64,000 nt of DNA from Kiritimatiellia bacterium (lineage in GTDB: Bacteria > Verrucomicrobiota > Kiritimatiellia > CAIQIC01 > JAGNIJ01), in NCBI GenBank assembly GCA_018001225.1, contig JAGNIJ010000006.1, forward strand, positions 29,188 through 93,187. Direction: 5' to 3'. The notes under the pieces were generated by a model that was not told the DNA's origin, searched no databases, and saw nothing but the letters and a program-made list of their open reading frames with translations. Of this stretch, positions 16,744-26,911 are shown in pieces (the stretch's first letter is position 1; each line of letters starts with the position of its first letter). The translations under genes were made by a program, and so were the position numbers.

Positions 16744-19287
16744 ATGACCATGACACAAACAGGCCAAAAGAAATGGGCGAAGGCGCTGACCTGGTGGATG
16801 ATTCTTTCCTTCGCGGCCGCCGCCCTCCCGGCGCGTGGCCAGCCGCCGCCCGGCTTTCCCCCGGCGCCGGAAAGTGGAGAGGAGGAGAAATCCGTCAAGG
16901 TGGGTGACGACAAGCTGCTTTCGTTGAGTTTCCGCGACGCGCCGATCGAGCAGGTGGTGATGTTCTACAGCGAGCTGGTGGGGCGCACCCTGCTCCGCGC
17001 CCAGGGCCTCCCCGGCGGCACGATCACCCTCAAGTCCCAGACCCGGCTCACCCAGCGCGAGGCCCTCGAGGCCATCGAGAGCGTGCTGGCCATGAACCAG
17101 GTGGGCCTCGTGCCCATGGGCGAGAAGTTCCTCAAGGTCGTGCCCATCGGCAACGTGCGCGGCGAGGGCATGAAGCTTTCCCTCGAGATGCCGGAGACCC
17201 CGTTCCCCGAGACCGACCAGCTCGTCAGCCAGGTCGTGCCCCTGAAGTACATCGAGCCGGCCGAGGCCAACACGGTCCTGACCGGTTTCCTGCACGCGTC
17301 GTTCGGCAAGGTGCAGGTTCTCGAGCGGACCAGCAGCCTGCTGATCACCGATACCGCCGCCAACATGCAGCGCATCCTGGAAATCCTCGCGTACGTGGAC
17401 CAGCCCACGGAGGCGCGGGTGGAAACCCGGATCTACGAGATCAAGCACACCGAGGCCGCCAAGCTCGCCTCCCGCCTGAACGAACTGATCGCCGATACCC
17501 AGGCCAAGGAGGAGAAACCCCGCGTGGCCGCGCCGGTGACGTCCTCCATTCCCACGCCGCCGGGCGTTATCCGCGCCCGCCAGGCCGGCGCGGCCCCGGA
17601 CCAGGCCGCGCAGGACCTCGAGGCCGCGCTCGCCGAGCGCGGCATTGTCCAGGGCAAGGTCAAGATCGTCGCCGACGACCGCACCAACATCCTGATCGTG
17701 CTTTCGCGGCCCTCCAACTTCACCTTCTTCGACAAGATCATCACCGTGCTGGACCGGGAGGTGGACCCCGAGGTCGTCGTCAAGGTCCTGCCGCTCGAGT
17801 TCGCCAAGGCGAAGGACATCGCCGGCATCCTCAACGAGTTCATCGGTGCCGCGACGTCCGAGTCCAAGGACGCCCCGGCCGGGACGGGCCAGGCCCCCGC
17901 GGAAGGCGCGACGCCGGAGGCGGCGCGCAGCCAGGCCTTGCAGGAGTTCGTGGCGCAGCGGGCCGAGGCGCGCATGCGCCAGATCGCGTCGGGCGAAAAG
18001 ACCCGCATCGGCGAGCTCTCGCCCAACACGAAGATCCTGGCCGACGAGCGCACCAACGCCCTGCTGCTCATGGGCACGGTGAACGACATCAACGCATTGA
18101 TGGACATCATCGGCCAGCTCGACACCATGCTGGCCCAGGTCCTGATCGAGGCCGTGATCCTCGAGGTCAGCCTCACCAAGAGCCTGGACTACGGCGTCGA
18201 CTGGCTCCAGCGGTCCATGGCCGTCTACTCCGACGACAAGGTTGGCGCCGACGGCGGCGTCACGGTCAGCCAGCCGCTTTATTCCTTCGGCGGCGGCCAG
18301 CGCTTGAGCGACGGTACCGTCTTCCGGGACGGCAGCCAGATCACCCGGACCGACAGCGGGATCGGGGCGGGCGGGCTGACCTACTACTCCACGCTGGTCA
18401 ACCTGAACATCGATGCCGTCATCCGCATGGCCGCCGGGTCGTCCGACGCCCGCATCCTGTCCACCCCCGTCATCCTGACCACGGACAACACCGAGGCCAC
18501 CATCGTGGTCGGCGAGGAGCGGCCGGTCGTGACCTCCACCAGCACCTCCAGCGGCGGGCAGCAGACCTCCAGCTACGAGTACCGCAACATCGGCATCGAC
18601 CTCGCCGTCACGCCCCGGATCAACCCGGCCCGGTTTGTCACCATGGAGATCAAGCAGTCGGCCGACAACGTCGGCGGGTTCGAGACCATCGACGGCAACC
18701 GCGTGCCGGTGATCACGAAGCGCGAAATGGCCGCCCAGGTGGCCGTGGGGGACCGCTCGACCATCGTGCTGGGCGGGCTGGTCAGCACCGACCGCCGGGC
18801 CACGCGGGTCAAGGTGCCCATCCTCGGCGACATCCCGATCATCGGCACGCTCTTCCGGAACGACACCCGGGACGACAACCGCACCGAACTGCTCGTGCTC
18901 ATGACGCCGTACGTCCTGATGACCCAGGAGGAGGCGCGGAAGGAAACCGCGCGCCTGCACCGGGCCACGCGCTACTCCCAAACCCGGTGGCAGCGCGGCT
19001 GGTCGGACAGCGAGCTCGCCGGCCCGTCGAAGACGCGGGAACTGAAGATGGCGCCCTCGCTGCTGGACGATCCCGGGCAGAAGAAAAAGCGGAAGATCAA
19101 GGAAGCCAAAACGATTTCCCTGACGCCGGCCGAGACCAATGCGCCCACGCAGTCCCGCTTCCTCGTCACCGTCCCGGAGGATATCTCGTCCTCCCTCTTC
19201 AGCGAGCCCGCGGACGGCGGGGCGGAAGAGGGCGCCGCGCCCGAGGGCGGCGGCGAGGACGATCCGAACGCGCCCGTGCCGCCGTGA
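16744..19287 (+). CDS. gspD: Type II secretion system secretin GspD
   Basis: Signal peptide, N0 and N-domain repeats (SLSFRDAPIEQVVMFYSELVGRTLL; PLKYIEPAEANTVLTGFL), and the secretin core (VLIEAVILEVSLTKSLDYG..., VPILGDIPIIGTLFRN). Long acidic C-terminal extension. Confidence 0.85.
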   Translation: MTMTQTGQKKWAKALTWWMILSFAAAALPARGQPPPGFPPAPESGEEEKSVKVGDDKLLSLSFRDAPIEQVVMFYSELVGRTLLRAQGLPGGTITLKSQTRLTQREALEAIESVLAMNQVGLVPMGEKFLKVVPIGNVRGEGMKLSLEMPETPFPETDQLVSQVVPLKYIEPAEANTVLTGFLHASFGKVQVLERTSSLLITDTAANMQRILEILAYVDQPTEARVETRIYEIKHTEAAKLASRLNELIADTQAKEEKPRVAAPVTSSIPTPPGVIRARQAGAAPDQAAQDLEAALAERGIVQGKVKIVADDRTNILIVLSRPSNFTFFDKIITVLDREVDPEVVVKVLPLEFAKAKDIAGILNEFIGAATSESKDAPAGTGQAPAEGATPEAARSQALQEFVAQRAEARMRQIASGEKTRIGELSPNTKILADERTNALLLMGTVNDINALMDIIGQLDTMLAQVLIEAVILEVSLTKSLDYGVDWLQRSMAVYSDDKVGADGGVTVSQPLYSFGGGQRLSDGTVFRDGSQITRTDSGIGAGGLTYYSTLVNLNIDAVIRMAAGSSDARILSTPVILTTDNTEATIVVGEERPVVTSTSTSSGGQQTSSYEYRNIGIDLAVTPRINPARFVTMEIKQSADNVGGFETIDGNRVPVITKREMAAQVAVGDRSTIVLGGLVSTDRRATRVKVPILGDIPIIGTLFRNDTRDDNRTELLVLMTPYVLMTQEEARKETARLHRATRYSQTRWQRGWSDSELAGPSKTRELKMAPSLLDDPGQKKKRKIKEAKTISLTPAETNAPTQSRFLVTVPEDISSSLFSEPADGGAEEGAAPEGGGEDDPNAPVPP

Positions 19288-19313
19288 GCCGTCCGGCGGT
19301 CCGGCTTTGATCC

Positions 19314-19342
19314 TTGACGCGTGCGCACCCCGGCCGTAGTGT
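19314..19342 (+). promoter_or_regulatory. Putative sigma-70 promoter for ilvC (TTGACG-N17-TAGTGT)
   Basis: Good -35, 17-bp spacer, and an extended TG at the -10. Lies 35 nt upstream of the ilvC ATG. Confidence 0.35.
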
Positions 19343-19376
19343 TTCCCGCTTCGCGTAATGGAAAGGAGCAACGGTT

Positions 19377-20477
19377 ATGGCAGTCATTGATTTCGGCGGC
19401 GTGAAGGAAAAGGTCATCACCCGCAAGGAGTTCCCGCTTTCGAAGGCCCGGAAGGTCCTGAAGGGAGAGGTCATCGCGATCATCGGCTACGGCGTGCAGG
19501 GCCCCGCCCAGTCGCTGAACCTCAAGGACAACGGCTTCAAGGTCATCATCGGCCAGGCCCCGGAGTTCAAACGCGACTGGGACCGCGCGGTGGCCGACGG
19601 CTGGGTGCCCGGCAAGACGCTCTTCGACATCGAGACGGCCGTGAAGAAGGCCACGGTCATCCAGTTGCTCGTCTCCGACGCCGCGCAGCGCGCCGTCTGG
19701 CCGGTGATCAAGAAGAACCTGAAGAAGGGCGACGCGCTCTACTTCTCGCACGGCTTCTCGATCACCTACAAGGACAAGTCCGGCGTGGTGCCGCCGAAGT
19801 GGGTCGACGTGATCATGGTCGCCCCGAAAGGGTCCGGCACCTCCGTGCGCCGTAACTTCCTCTCGGGCGCGGGCATCAACTCGAGCTACGCGGTCTACCA
19901 GGACGCCACGGGCCGCGCGAAGCAGCGCTGCCTCGCGCTCGGCATCGGGATCGGATCGGGTTATCTGTTCCCGACCACGTTCCCGCACGAGACCAACAGC
20001 GACCTGACCGGCGAGCGCGGCGTGCTGATGGGCTGCCTGGCGGGCGTGATGGAGGCCCAGTACGACACGCTCCGCAAGAACGGCCACTCGCCGAGCGAGG
20101 CGTTCAACGAGACCGTGGAGGAATTGACGCAGAGCCTGATCCGCCTCGTGGACGAACGCGGCATGGACTGGATGTACTCGAACTGCTCGGCCACGGCCCA
20201 GCGCGGCGCGTTGGACTGGAAGCCGAAGTTCAAGGCGGCGGTCCTGCCGGTGTTCCGCAAGCTGTACCAGCGCGTCTGCAGCGGCCAGGAGGCCGAGCGC
20301 GTCATCCAGGTCTGCGGGAAGAAGAACTACCAGCAGCGGCTGGCGAAGGAACTGGGCGCCATCCGGGATTCCGAGATGTGGCGCGCTGGCGCCGCCGTGC
20401 GCGCGCTGCGCCCGAAGGATACCGGCCGCGAGATCAAGAGCGGCACCAAGGGCGTCGGCGGCCGGGCCGCGAACTGA
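19377..20477 (+). CDS. ilvC: Ketol-acid reductoisomerase
   Basis: IIGYGVQGPAQSLNLKDNG Rossmann motif and class I KARI length and core. Confidence 0.85.
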   Translation: MAVIDFGGVKEKVITRKEFPLSKARKVLKGEVIAIIGYGVQGPAQSLNLKDNGFKVIIGQAPEFKRDWDRAVADGWVPGKTLFDIETAVKKATVIQLLVSDAAQRAVWPVIKKNLKKGDALYFSHGFSITYKDKSGVVPPKWVDVIMVAPKGSGTSVRRNFLSGAGINSSYAVYQDATGRAKQRCLALGIGIGSGYLFPTTFPHETNSDLTGERGVLMGCLAGVMEAQYDTLRKNGHSPSEAFNETVEELTQSLIRLVDERGMDWMYSNCSATAQRGALDWKPKFKAAVLPVFRKLYQRVCSGQEAERVIQVCGKKNYQQRLAKELGAIRDSEMWRAGAAVRALRPKDTGREIKSGTKGVGGRAAN

Positions 20478-20490
20478 AGAAGACCTGAAA

Positions 20491-20528
20491 CAAAAAGGCC
20501 GCGTCCATCCGGGCGCGGCCTTTTCTCT
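20491..20528. terminator. Bidirectional rho-independent terminator between convergent ilvC and parA
   Basis: AAAAAGGCCGCGTCCATCCGGGCGCGGCCTTTTCT: a GC hairpin flanked by an A-run and a T-run. Confidence 0.6.
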
Positions 20529-20538
20529 TCGAAGGTCC

Positions 20539-21426
20539 CTATGGCGCTGGCGTCGAGGGCGATGCCGCGCTACTCTGTTCCGTGGCCGGAGGAGGCGGCA
20601 GCGTTTCAGGCTGGGCCGGGGTCTCCTCCCCCTCGTCCTTTTCCTTGCCCGCCATGCGCCGGCGCTTGAGAAACTCCCTCGCCAACTGCCGGTAAGCCGC
20701 CGAACCGGTGCAGTGCCGGTCGTAAAGAATGATGGGTTTCCCGAAGCTCGGCGCCTCGCTCAAGCGCACGCTGCGCGGGATCAGGGTCTCGAACACCCGG
20801 TCGCCGAAGTGGTTCAGCACTTCCTGCACGACCTGCTGCGAGAGGTTCGTGCGGATATCGTACATCGTCAGCACGATGCCCTCGATGTGCAGCCCCGGGT
20901 TCGCGCCGCTGTCGCTGATGCGCTGGATCAGCTTCGCGATGACGCTCAAGCCCTCGAGGGCGTAGTACTCGCACTGGATCGGGATCAGCAGCGATTCCGA
21001 ACCCGCCAGCGCGTTCATCGTCAGGATGCCGAGCGACGGCGGGCAGTCGACGAGGATGTAGTCGTAGCGGTCCGACGCGGCCACGGGGGCGACGGCCTCC
21101 TTGAACCGGTGCAGGTAGCGGTCCGCGCGGGCGATGTCCACCTCGGCGCCCGCCAGGTCGAGTTCGGAGGGCACCACGTCCAGCCGGTCCATCACGGTCT
21201 TCTGGATGAGCGGGTCGAGCGGGATCTCGCCCAGCAGGGCGCGGTAGATGCTCGCGCCCTCTTTTTTTTCTAGGCCCAGGCCGCTCGTCGCGTTGGCCTG
21301 CGGATCGAGATCGATCAGCAGGATTCGCTTGCGCCGCTCGGCGAGACAGGCGGCCAGGTTGACCGCCGTCGTGGTCTTGCCGACGCCGCCCTTCTGGTTC
21401 GCCACCGCGATGATGGGAATGGCCAT
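20539..21426 (-). CDS. parA: ParA/Soj-family partition ATPase (Walker-type, MinD/ParA superfamily)
   Basis: MAIPIIAVANQKGGVGKTTTAVNLAA deviant Walker A and the ParA core. The 150-aa upstream extension in the ORF track is rejected. No parB adjacent. Confidence 0.8.
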   Translation of the reverse strand: MAIPIIAVANQKGGVGKTTTAVNLAACLAERRKRILLIDLDPQANATSGLGLEKKEGASIYRALLGEIPLDPLIQKTVMDRLDVVPSELDLAGAEVDIARADRYLHRFKEAVAPVAASDRYDYILVDCPPSLGILTMNALAGSESLLIPIQCEYYALEGLSVIAKLIQRISDSGANPGLHIEGIVLTMYDIRTNLSQQVVQEVLNHFGDRVFETLIPRSVRLSEAPSFGKPIILYDRHCTGSAAYRQLAREFLKRRRMAGKEKDEGEETPAQPETLPPPPATEQSSAASPSTPAP

Positions 21427-21506
21427 GATCGGGCCGAGAATACGGGGGAAGAGGGCCCGGCTCAAGCTGAAGTTGCGCCGCGGGAGGCGGGCCGCCCCCG
21501 GCCCGC

Positions 21507-24500
21507 TTACGGGGAGAGCACCCGGACCCGGTACAGGCGCGAGGTGATGCTCGGCGTGGCGAAGTTGGTGTCCACGTACGTAGTCGTGCCGGAACTGCCC
21601 CAAAACGCGCCGCCGAGGTAGAGCCAGCCGTTCGTAAAGGGCGGCGCGGCGCTGCGATAGAGAACCTGGTAGCGGCGGTTGGTGCTGGACAGGAACCGGA
21701 TCTGCGCCCAGCGGCTGGTCGGAATCGCGGCCGCCTGGGTCACGCGCAGGAGGCTGTTGGCGAGGTTGGGGTCGGTATCCGCCATGTACTCCTCGTAATT
21801 CGACAACCCGTCGCCCTCGATGTCGATGTTGCGGTCCGCGTCGTTCGTGGGATTGAGGCCGTTGGTCTGCTCCCACGTATTCGGCATGCCGTCGCCATCC
21901 CGGTCGCTGTCGCAGGCGTCGCCGACGCCATCACCGTCCAAGTCGGCCTGGTCCAGGTTGGCGACGTTGATGCAGTTGTCCTCGATGTCGCGGAGGCCGT
22001 CGGAATCCGCGTCGTGGTTGGTGTTGCACAGCGTGCAACGCAGGACGACGTCGTCCACCTCCCAGAACAGTTCGTTCCGGGCGTTGTAATAGCGGAACCG
22101 GATGCCCACGTTGGTCAGGCCGGCGAGCGGGGTGGTGAGGTTGATGGTCTCGGTGGCCGGGCCCCGGTAGTCGGCCCGCGACTTCCGCCAGACGTTCGAC
22201 CATGGGCCGGAGAACCCGCTTCGGCAGATATCCACGTCGCAGGTTTCGGACCGGTTGCCGGAGTACCAGTCGAAATCGGTCTTGAACTCGAGTTCCACCG
22301 AGCTCACGGCGCCCAGGTTCAGCACGGGTGGGCGCATTTCCACGTCCATCGTCACGCGGGAGTAGAACCGGCTGTCGGCGATGGCCATGCCGTTGGAGCC
22401 GCCGGTGCCGTTGACCACGTCGCGCGGATTGTCGAACCGCCACGCGGCGGTGCCGCTGTTGGTGGCCAGGGTCCAGCCCGCGGGCAGCGTTTCGGAGGAG
22501 AACGACTCGTCCAGCAGGTTGGTGGTCACGATCGCCCCGGTACACTCATCGCATGCGTCGCCCGTGCCGTCCCCGTCCCGGTCAAGCTGGTTGGCATTGG
22601 CGATGCCCGGGCAGTTGTCCACGCTGTCCTCGACGCCGTCGAGGTCCGCGTCCACGGCGCAGGCGTCGCCGATGCCGTCCCCGTTGGAGTCCTGCTGCCC
22701 GGGATTGGAGGTGGTCGGGCAGTTGTCGCTGTCGTTCGGGATGCCATCGTTGTCGCTGTCGTCGTCGCAGGCGTCGCCCTGTGAGTCCCCGTCGGCATTT
22801 TCCTGCAGCGGGTTGTATGCGGAGGAGCAGTTGTCGAGCGAGTTCGACACCCCGTCGCCGTCCAGGTCGAGGTCGCACGCATCGCCCTGCCCGTCGCCGT
22901 CCAGGTCGGCCTGGTCCGGGTTGTAGGTGGCCGGGCAGTTGTCCTCGTCGTCGTAGATCCCGTCGTTGTCGTCGTCGTAATCGCAGGCATCGCCGTCGCC
23001 GTCGCCGTCACTGTCCACCTGGTCGGCATTGGCGAGATACGGGCAATTGTCGCTGGCGTTCAGCACGCCGTCGTCGTCGATGTCCGGATCGCAGGCGTCG
23101 CCGAGCCCGTCGCCGTCCGCGTCGCTCTGGATGGGGTTCCAGTTGGTGGGGCAGTTGTCGTCCGGGTCGAAGAAACTGTCGCTGTCGGTGTCTTTCTCGC
23201 CGGTGACCAGGCTGCCGGAGATCTGCCCGCTGTTGATCGCGCCCGGGGTGGCCGTGGCCAGGATCCAGTTCGTGGTCGTGCCGATGATATCGTTGGGCGC
23301 CTGGAGCGTGGTGTCTGTCGAGGAATCGGCGCGCAGAACGTGAAGGTAGGTGTTCTCGAGCGACGAGATGTTGGTGAACACGGTGCCGGGGTCGTCGTAG
23401 GCCAGGTCGCCCGCGCCGCCCCAAGCGATGGCGTCGAGGATATTGGTCACCGAGTCGTAGAGGACCAGGCCGTCGCCGGGCCCGTTTTGAAGGCTATCCG
23501 GCAGCAAGAGGTCGGTATTGGCCACGTTGTTGCTGTTCTGGCTAATCACCACGAAGCCCATGGCCTGTCCGTTGGTGTTGACCACGCCGTCGTCCGGCAC
23601 GGTGATGGAAGGCAGGTCATACCGCCACAAACCGCCCTCTTCGTTCGTGGCCCCGTTGAAATGGCGGATGAAATAGCCCTGGAGATTCACCCCGGCCGGC
23701 GCGATGAGTTCAACAAACTCGTTGGTGTCCGTGCTGTTGCCGTCCGCTTGAACCTCGTTGAAGAACGGGCGGGATGCCGCCTCGTAGGTGGCCGGGAAAG
23801 CGTAACTGTTGGTCACGGTGAAGCCCGGGCTGACGGCGTTGGTGCCCTGGAACGCATACCGGACATAATAATCGAAGCTGTCGCCGGCGTCGGGCGACAT
23901 GGAGAGGGTGCCGGTGGACCACTGGTTGCTCGCGCCCTCCGTCATGGCGTTGCTCACCCAGGCGCCGCTCGCGATCCGGTAGAACGCCGCGGCGGCCAGG
24001 TTGGAGGCGGGGAGGTTGTCCTGGAGCGCGACCACGATCGCCACGGCCGTGGTGTGGAAGGGCGCGGAGGGCGACAGGCGCAGGGAGGAACTGACCACGC
24101 CGGCCTGGTCGCAGGCCGCGTGGACCCGGGGCGTGGCCAAGGCCCCCGCCACGAGGGTCCACTCGTTGGTGTCGAATTCCGACAGGGGATCGCAGACCCC
24201 GGCCTTGCGGTACACCGCGTTGCTGCGGTAGGCCCAGGCCATGCTGTAGTCGTTGGTGCTCGCCGGCTCGCCGGAGACGCCGTAGATGTCCATGATCGAG
24301 CCGGCCGAGTTTTTCAGCGCCACCACGTCGTTGCCGTTCAGGAACAACAGGTTGGTGTGCGCCCGTTCCGCGCCCAGGCCGTACGCGTTGAAGAAATCGG
24401 AGGTCCGGGCCGTGACGATGTAGGTCTGGCCCGCGGCGATCGAGTTGCTCAACGGCACGTTCAGCGTCGTGGAGCCGTCCCGGTAGATGACCAGCGTGTA

Positions 24501-25634
24501 GTTGGTCAGCGAATAACCGGCCGTGCCGGAGTTGTACAACTCGACGTAGTTCGCGCCGGCGTTGGTCGGATGGTCCACCACCTCGCTGATCAGCGCGACC
24601 GGGTTCAGGCAGGGGAGCGAGTCCATCAAATGAATGTCGGAGAAAATCAGGAAGTGATCGGACGAGTTGGTGCTGGTCGAGGCGGCGAGGGGCGCGCCGT
24701 ACTTCGTCAACCCGCCGCTGCCGTCGTCCTGGGCGGAGTTGTAGATCTCGCCGACAGGGGCCCCGTACGGGCTGTCCATGATCTGGCCGCTGAAATAGAA
24801 GTAGTCGTAGCGCGGCCCGGTCATGTACGTGTTCATGTTCGTGCTGTCTTCCTGGAAGATGTTGAACTGCTCCAGGCCGATCTCGGCGGGCTTGTCGGTC
24901 GGGTGAAGCCGGTACTTGACCGCGTAGACAATGTCCGTTCCCACGGCGAAATCGGCCGGGTAATCCCCGGCCGGTTGCGAGGCAAAACTATCCACCTGAC
25001 TGTCGGTCACGTCCTCGTTGAAGTCCCCCGTGATCACGTACTCCGTGTCCAGCGGGTAGGTCTCGGCCCAGCCGGCGATGTTGGTCACCGTGCGCATGAG
25101 CTCCAGGGCCCGCCGGAACTGATCGGCGCTGGTGTCGGCGGCCTTGTTGTGCACGCAGTAATAATGGAAGGGGTTCAACGCGCCGGGCACCTGGATCACC
25201 GCGTGCAGCGGCCAGCGGGTCATCTCCTTGGCGCCGTCCGGCTCCTTGATTTCGTACGTGGCCGTGATGGGGTAGCGGCTGTAGAACCCGTTGCGGTGCG
25301 CGCCGGCGTACGTGCCGCCCGTGCCGTAGGCGTAATAGGGATAGTCCAGCTCCGCGGCGAGCGTTACCCAGTAATCGTAGTCGCCGTCGTTCAATTCCTG
25401 GAAGGCGATGATGTCGGGATTGATCCGCTGCAGGATGCCCTTGGCCGCGTTGTAATTGGTGGAGCCGACCGCCCCGACGCCGAACAGCGTGTTCCACGAG
25501 GCGATGCGGACCTTCACGGCCTCCGCCGGAAGCGCCAGGCCCACCGCCATCAAGCCATAAACACAGACACGAGCCGCCTTCCTGCACCACCATGCCCTGC
25601 CCGTCATCAACATGACCTCCCAGCCCTTATGCAA
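21507..25634 (-). CDS. Large secreted endonuclease/exonuclease/phosphatase (EEP) family protein with two lamin-tail (LTD) domains and many thrombospondin type 3 Ca-binding repeats
   Basis: Signal peptide and an EEP domain ([12 protein letters not shown]...[11 protein letters not shown]). Two LTD-like segments ([22 protein letters not shown]...; [23 protein letters not shown]...). Runs of DxDxDGxxDxxDNCP TSP3 repeats and a C-terminal beta-rich domain. Confidence 0.7.
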   Translation of the reverse strand: MHKGWEVMLMTGRAWWCRKAARVCVYGLMAVGLALPAEAVKVRIASWNTLFGVGAVGSTNYNAAKGILQRINPDIIAFQELNDGDYDYWVTLAAELDYPYYAYGTGGTYAGAHRNGFYSRYPITATYEIKEPDGAKEMTRWPLHAVIQVPGALNPFHYYCVHNKAADTSADQFRRALELMRTVTNIAGWAETYPLDTEYVITGDFNEDVTDSQVDSFASQPAGDYPADFAVGTDIVYAVKYRLHPTDKPAEIGLEQFNIFQEDSTNMNTYMTGPRYDYFYFSGQIMDSPYGAPVGEIYNSAQDDGSGGLTKYGAPLAASTSTNSSDHFLIFSDIHLMDSLPCLNPVALISEVVDHPTNAGANYVELYNSGTAGYSLTNYTLVIYRDGSTTLNVPLSNSIAAGQTYIVTARTSDFFNAYGLGAERAHTNLLFLNGNDVVALKNSAGSIMDIYGVSGEPASTNDYSMAWAYRSNAVYRKAGVCDPLSEFDTNEWTLVAGALATPRVHAACDQAGVVSSSLRLSPSAPFHTTAVAIVVALQDNLPASNLAAAAFYRIASGAWVSNAMTEGASNQWSTGTLSMSPDAGDSFDYYVRYAFQGTNAVSPGFTVTNSYAFPATYEAASRPFFNEVQADGNSTDTNEFVELIAPAGVNLQGYFIRHFNGATNEEGGLWRYDLPSITVPDDGVVNTNGQAMGFVVISQNSNNVANTDLLLPDSLQNGPGDGLVLYDSVTNILDAIAWGGAGDLAYDDPGTVFTNISSLENTYLHVLRADSSTDTTLQAPNDIIGTTTNWILATATPGAINSGQISGSLVTGEKDTDSDSFFDPDDNCPTNWNPIQSDADGDGLGDACDPDIDDDGVLNASDNCPYLANADQVDSDGDGDGDACDYDDDNDGIYDDEDNCPATYNPDQADLDGDGQGDACDLDLDGDGVSNSLDNCSSAYNPLQENADGDSQGDACDDDSDNDGIPNDSDNCPTTSNPGQQDSNGDGIGDACAVDADLDGVEDSVDNCPGIANANQLDRDGDGTGDACDECTGAIVTTNLLDESFSSETLPAGWTLATNSGTAAWRFDNPRDVVNGTGGSNGMAIADSRFYSRVTMDVEMRPPVLNLGAVSSVELEFKTDFDWYSGNRSETCDVDICRSGFSGPWSNVWRKSRADYRGPATETINLTTPLAGLTNVGIRFRYYNARNELFWEVDDVVLRCTLCNTNHDADSDGLRDIEDNCINVANLDQADLDGDGVGDACDSDRDGDGMPNTWEQTNGLNPTNDADRNIDIEGDGLSNYEEYMADTDPNLANSLLRVTQAAAIPTSRWAQIRFLSSTNRRYQVLYRSAAPPFTNGWLYLGGAFWGSSGTTTYVDTNFATPSITSRLYRVRVLSP

Positions 25635-25803
25635 AGTGCCTTTTAATGCTAATCCAGATTTAATCAGCAGGAAATGCGCCAGTGTTCATTTCCACGCGCG
25701 CCCACCCTCCTATTTGTCCGCGCTGCAGGTCAAAACGCCTTTAAAAACTGGAAAAACGGCAAAAAGGCTCTCTCAAAAAATAAAAAATGCAAACAGGATT
25801 TTC

Positions 25804-26898
25804 CTACGGTTGGAGCGGGACGGATGGCGGCGAGGCGGGGGCTTCGAGCCCCTTGGAGGTGCCTTCCAACTGCTCCATGTGCCCCTCGATTTTTGTCAGC
25901 CGCTTTTCGGCTTCGTCGTATTTCTTCTTCGAGTTGTCGAGGTGCTGGCCGATCAGCCGGAAGGCCTCGTCGAACCTCTCCAGGTCGCGCCGCAGCCCGA
26001 CGAGCTTGTCGAGCAGCTCCCGCGCGCTCTCCTCGATCCGCAGCCCCTTGAGCCCGAGCAGGATGGTCTGGAGGTAGGCGTAGAAGCTGTTCGGCGAAAC
26101 GGGGATCACCCGCTTCTTGAGGGCGTACTGGAACAGGGCCGACTCGCCCTCGGCGCTGTCGTCCTTGATGATGGTCTCGTAGTAGACGTTCTCCGCCGGG
26201 ATGTACATCAGCGCGAAGTCGAACGTGCCCTCGTCGGTCCGGATGTACTTTTCCGCGATCGCGTCGATGTGCTTCTTGACGTCGCGCGCGAAGAGCTTGC
26301 GCGCCGCGGCGCGCGCCTCGTCGCCGGCGGCCGCGACGAGCTGCCGGAAGTTGTCGAGGGGAAACTTGGCGTCCACGGGCACCATCCCGCTCCGGAGCAC
26401 GATCACCGCGTCCACGGCCTGGCCGTTGCGGAACGCGTGCTGCATCCGGTAGTGCTCCGGCGGCAGGATCTGGCCGAGCAGGTCGTCCAGGAACAGCTCG
26501 CCGATGTTGCCCCGTAGCTTCGGCGCGCGCAGGATTTCCTGCAGGCCCGCGATGTCGCGCCCGACGTCGAAGATGCGCTTCGAGGCCTCGTCGAGCTGGC
26601 CCAGTTTCACGCTGACGCCCTGGATGACGCGCGCGGCGCCGTCGAGCCGCTCGTCCATCCCCTTGCGCGTGGCGTCCAGGGCCTGGCCGATCTGGCCCGA
26701 GAAGCCCCGCAGGGCGGCCTGCAGCGCCTCGGCCTGCTGGGCGGTCTGCTGGGCCACGGCGTGGACCTGGTTCTGGAGCAGGGTCAGGGCCGTATCGTTC
26801 CGCGCGCGCTCCAGGGCCTGGCGGATCGCCCGGGAGAGCCACCAGGCCGCGCCGACGAGCACGAACGCCAGCAGGAGCGCGGGGAGGAGATAGGGCAT
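25804..26898 (-). CDS. rmuC: DNA recombination protein RmuC
   Basis: N-terminal TM, a long coiled coil, and the conserved VPVDAKFPLDNF core with the RmuC C-terminal domain. Confidence 0.75.
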   Translation of the reverse strand: MPYLLPALLLAFVLVGAAWWLSRAIRQALERARNDTALTLLQNQVHAVAQQTAQQAEALQAALRGFSGQIGQALDATRKGMDERLDGAARVIQGVSVKLGQLDEASKRIFDVGRDIAGLQEILRAPKLRGNIGELFLDDLLGQILPPEHYRMQHAFRNGQAVDAVIVLRSGMVPVDAKFPLDNFRQLVAAAGDEARAAARKLFARDVKKHIDAIAEKYIRTDEGTFDFALMYIPAENVYYETIIKDDSAEGESALFQYALKKRVIPVSPNSFYAYLQTILLGLKGLRIEESARELLDKLVGLRRDLERFDEAFRLIGQHLDNSKKKYDEAEKRLTKIEGHMEQLEGTSKGLEAPASPPSVPLQP

Positions 26899-26911
26899 CG
26901 CCGCTCCGGGT

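Noticed and set aside
16612-19371. 919-aa ORF antisense to gspD; similar long antisense or alternate-frame ORFs lie at 1344-2546 (most of it), 4969-6381, 6626-7858, 7632-9734, 9731-10822, 23340-25646, 27836-29734, 32154-34022, 38581-40014, 44459-46834, 51198-54197, 54391-56160, 56707-58233, 57953-60655, 60121-61728 and 61301-62491
   Set aside because: Their translations are low-complexity and rich in Arg, Gly, Pro and Ala, with no recognisable motifs. The opposite or alternate frame in every case encodes a protein with clear family signatures. Long open antisense frames are expected at about 68% GC.
20539-21426. parA as part of a plasmid or partition module
   Set aside because: No parB, parS-like repeats or replication gene is nearby. 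The surrounding genes are chromosomal housekeeping genes, so this is probably an orphan ParA/MinD-like ATPase.
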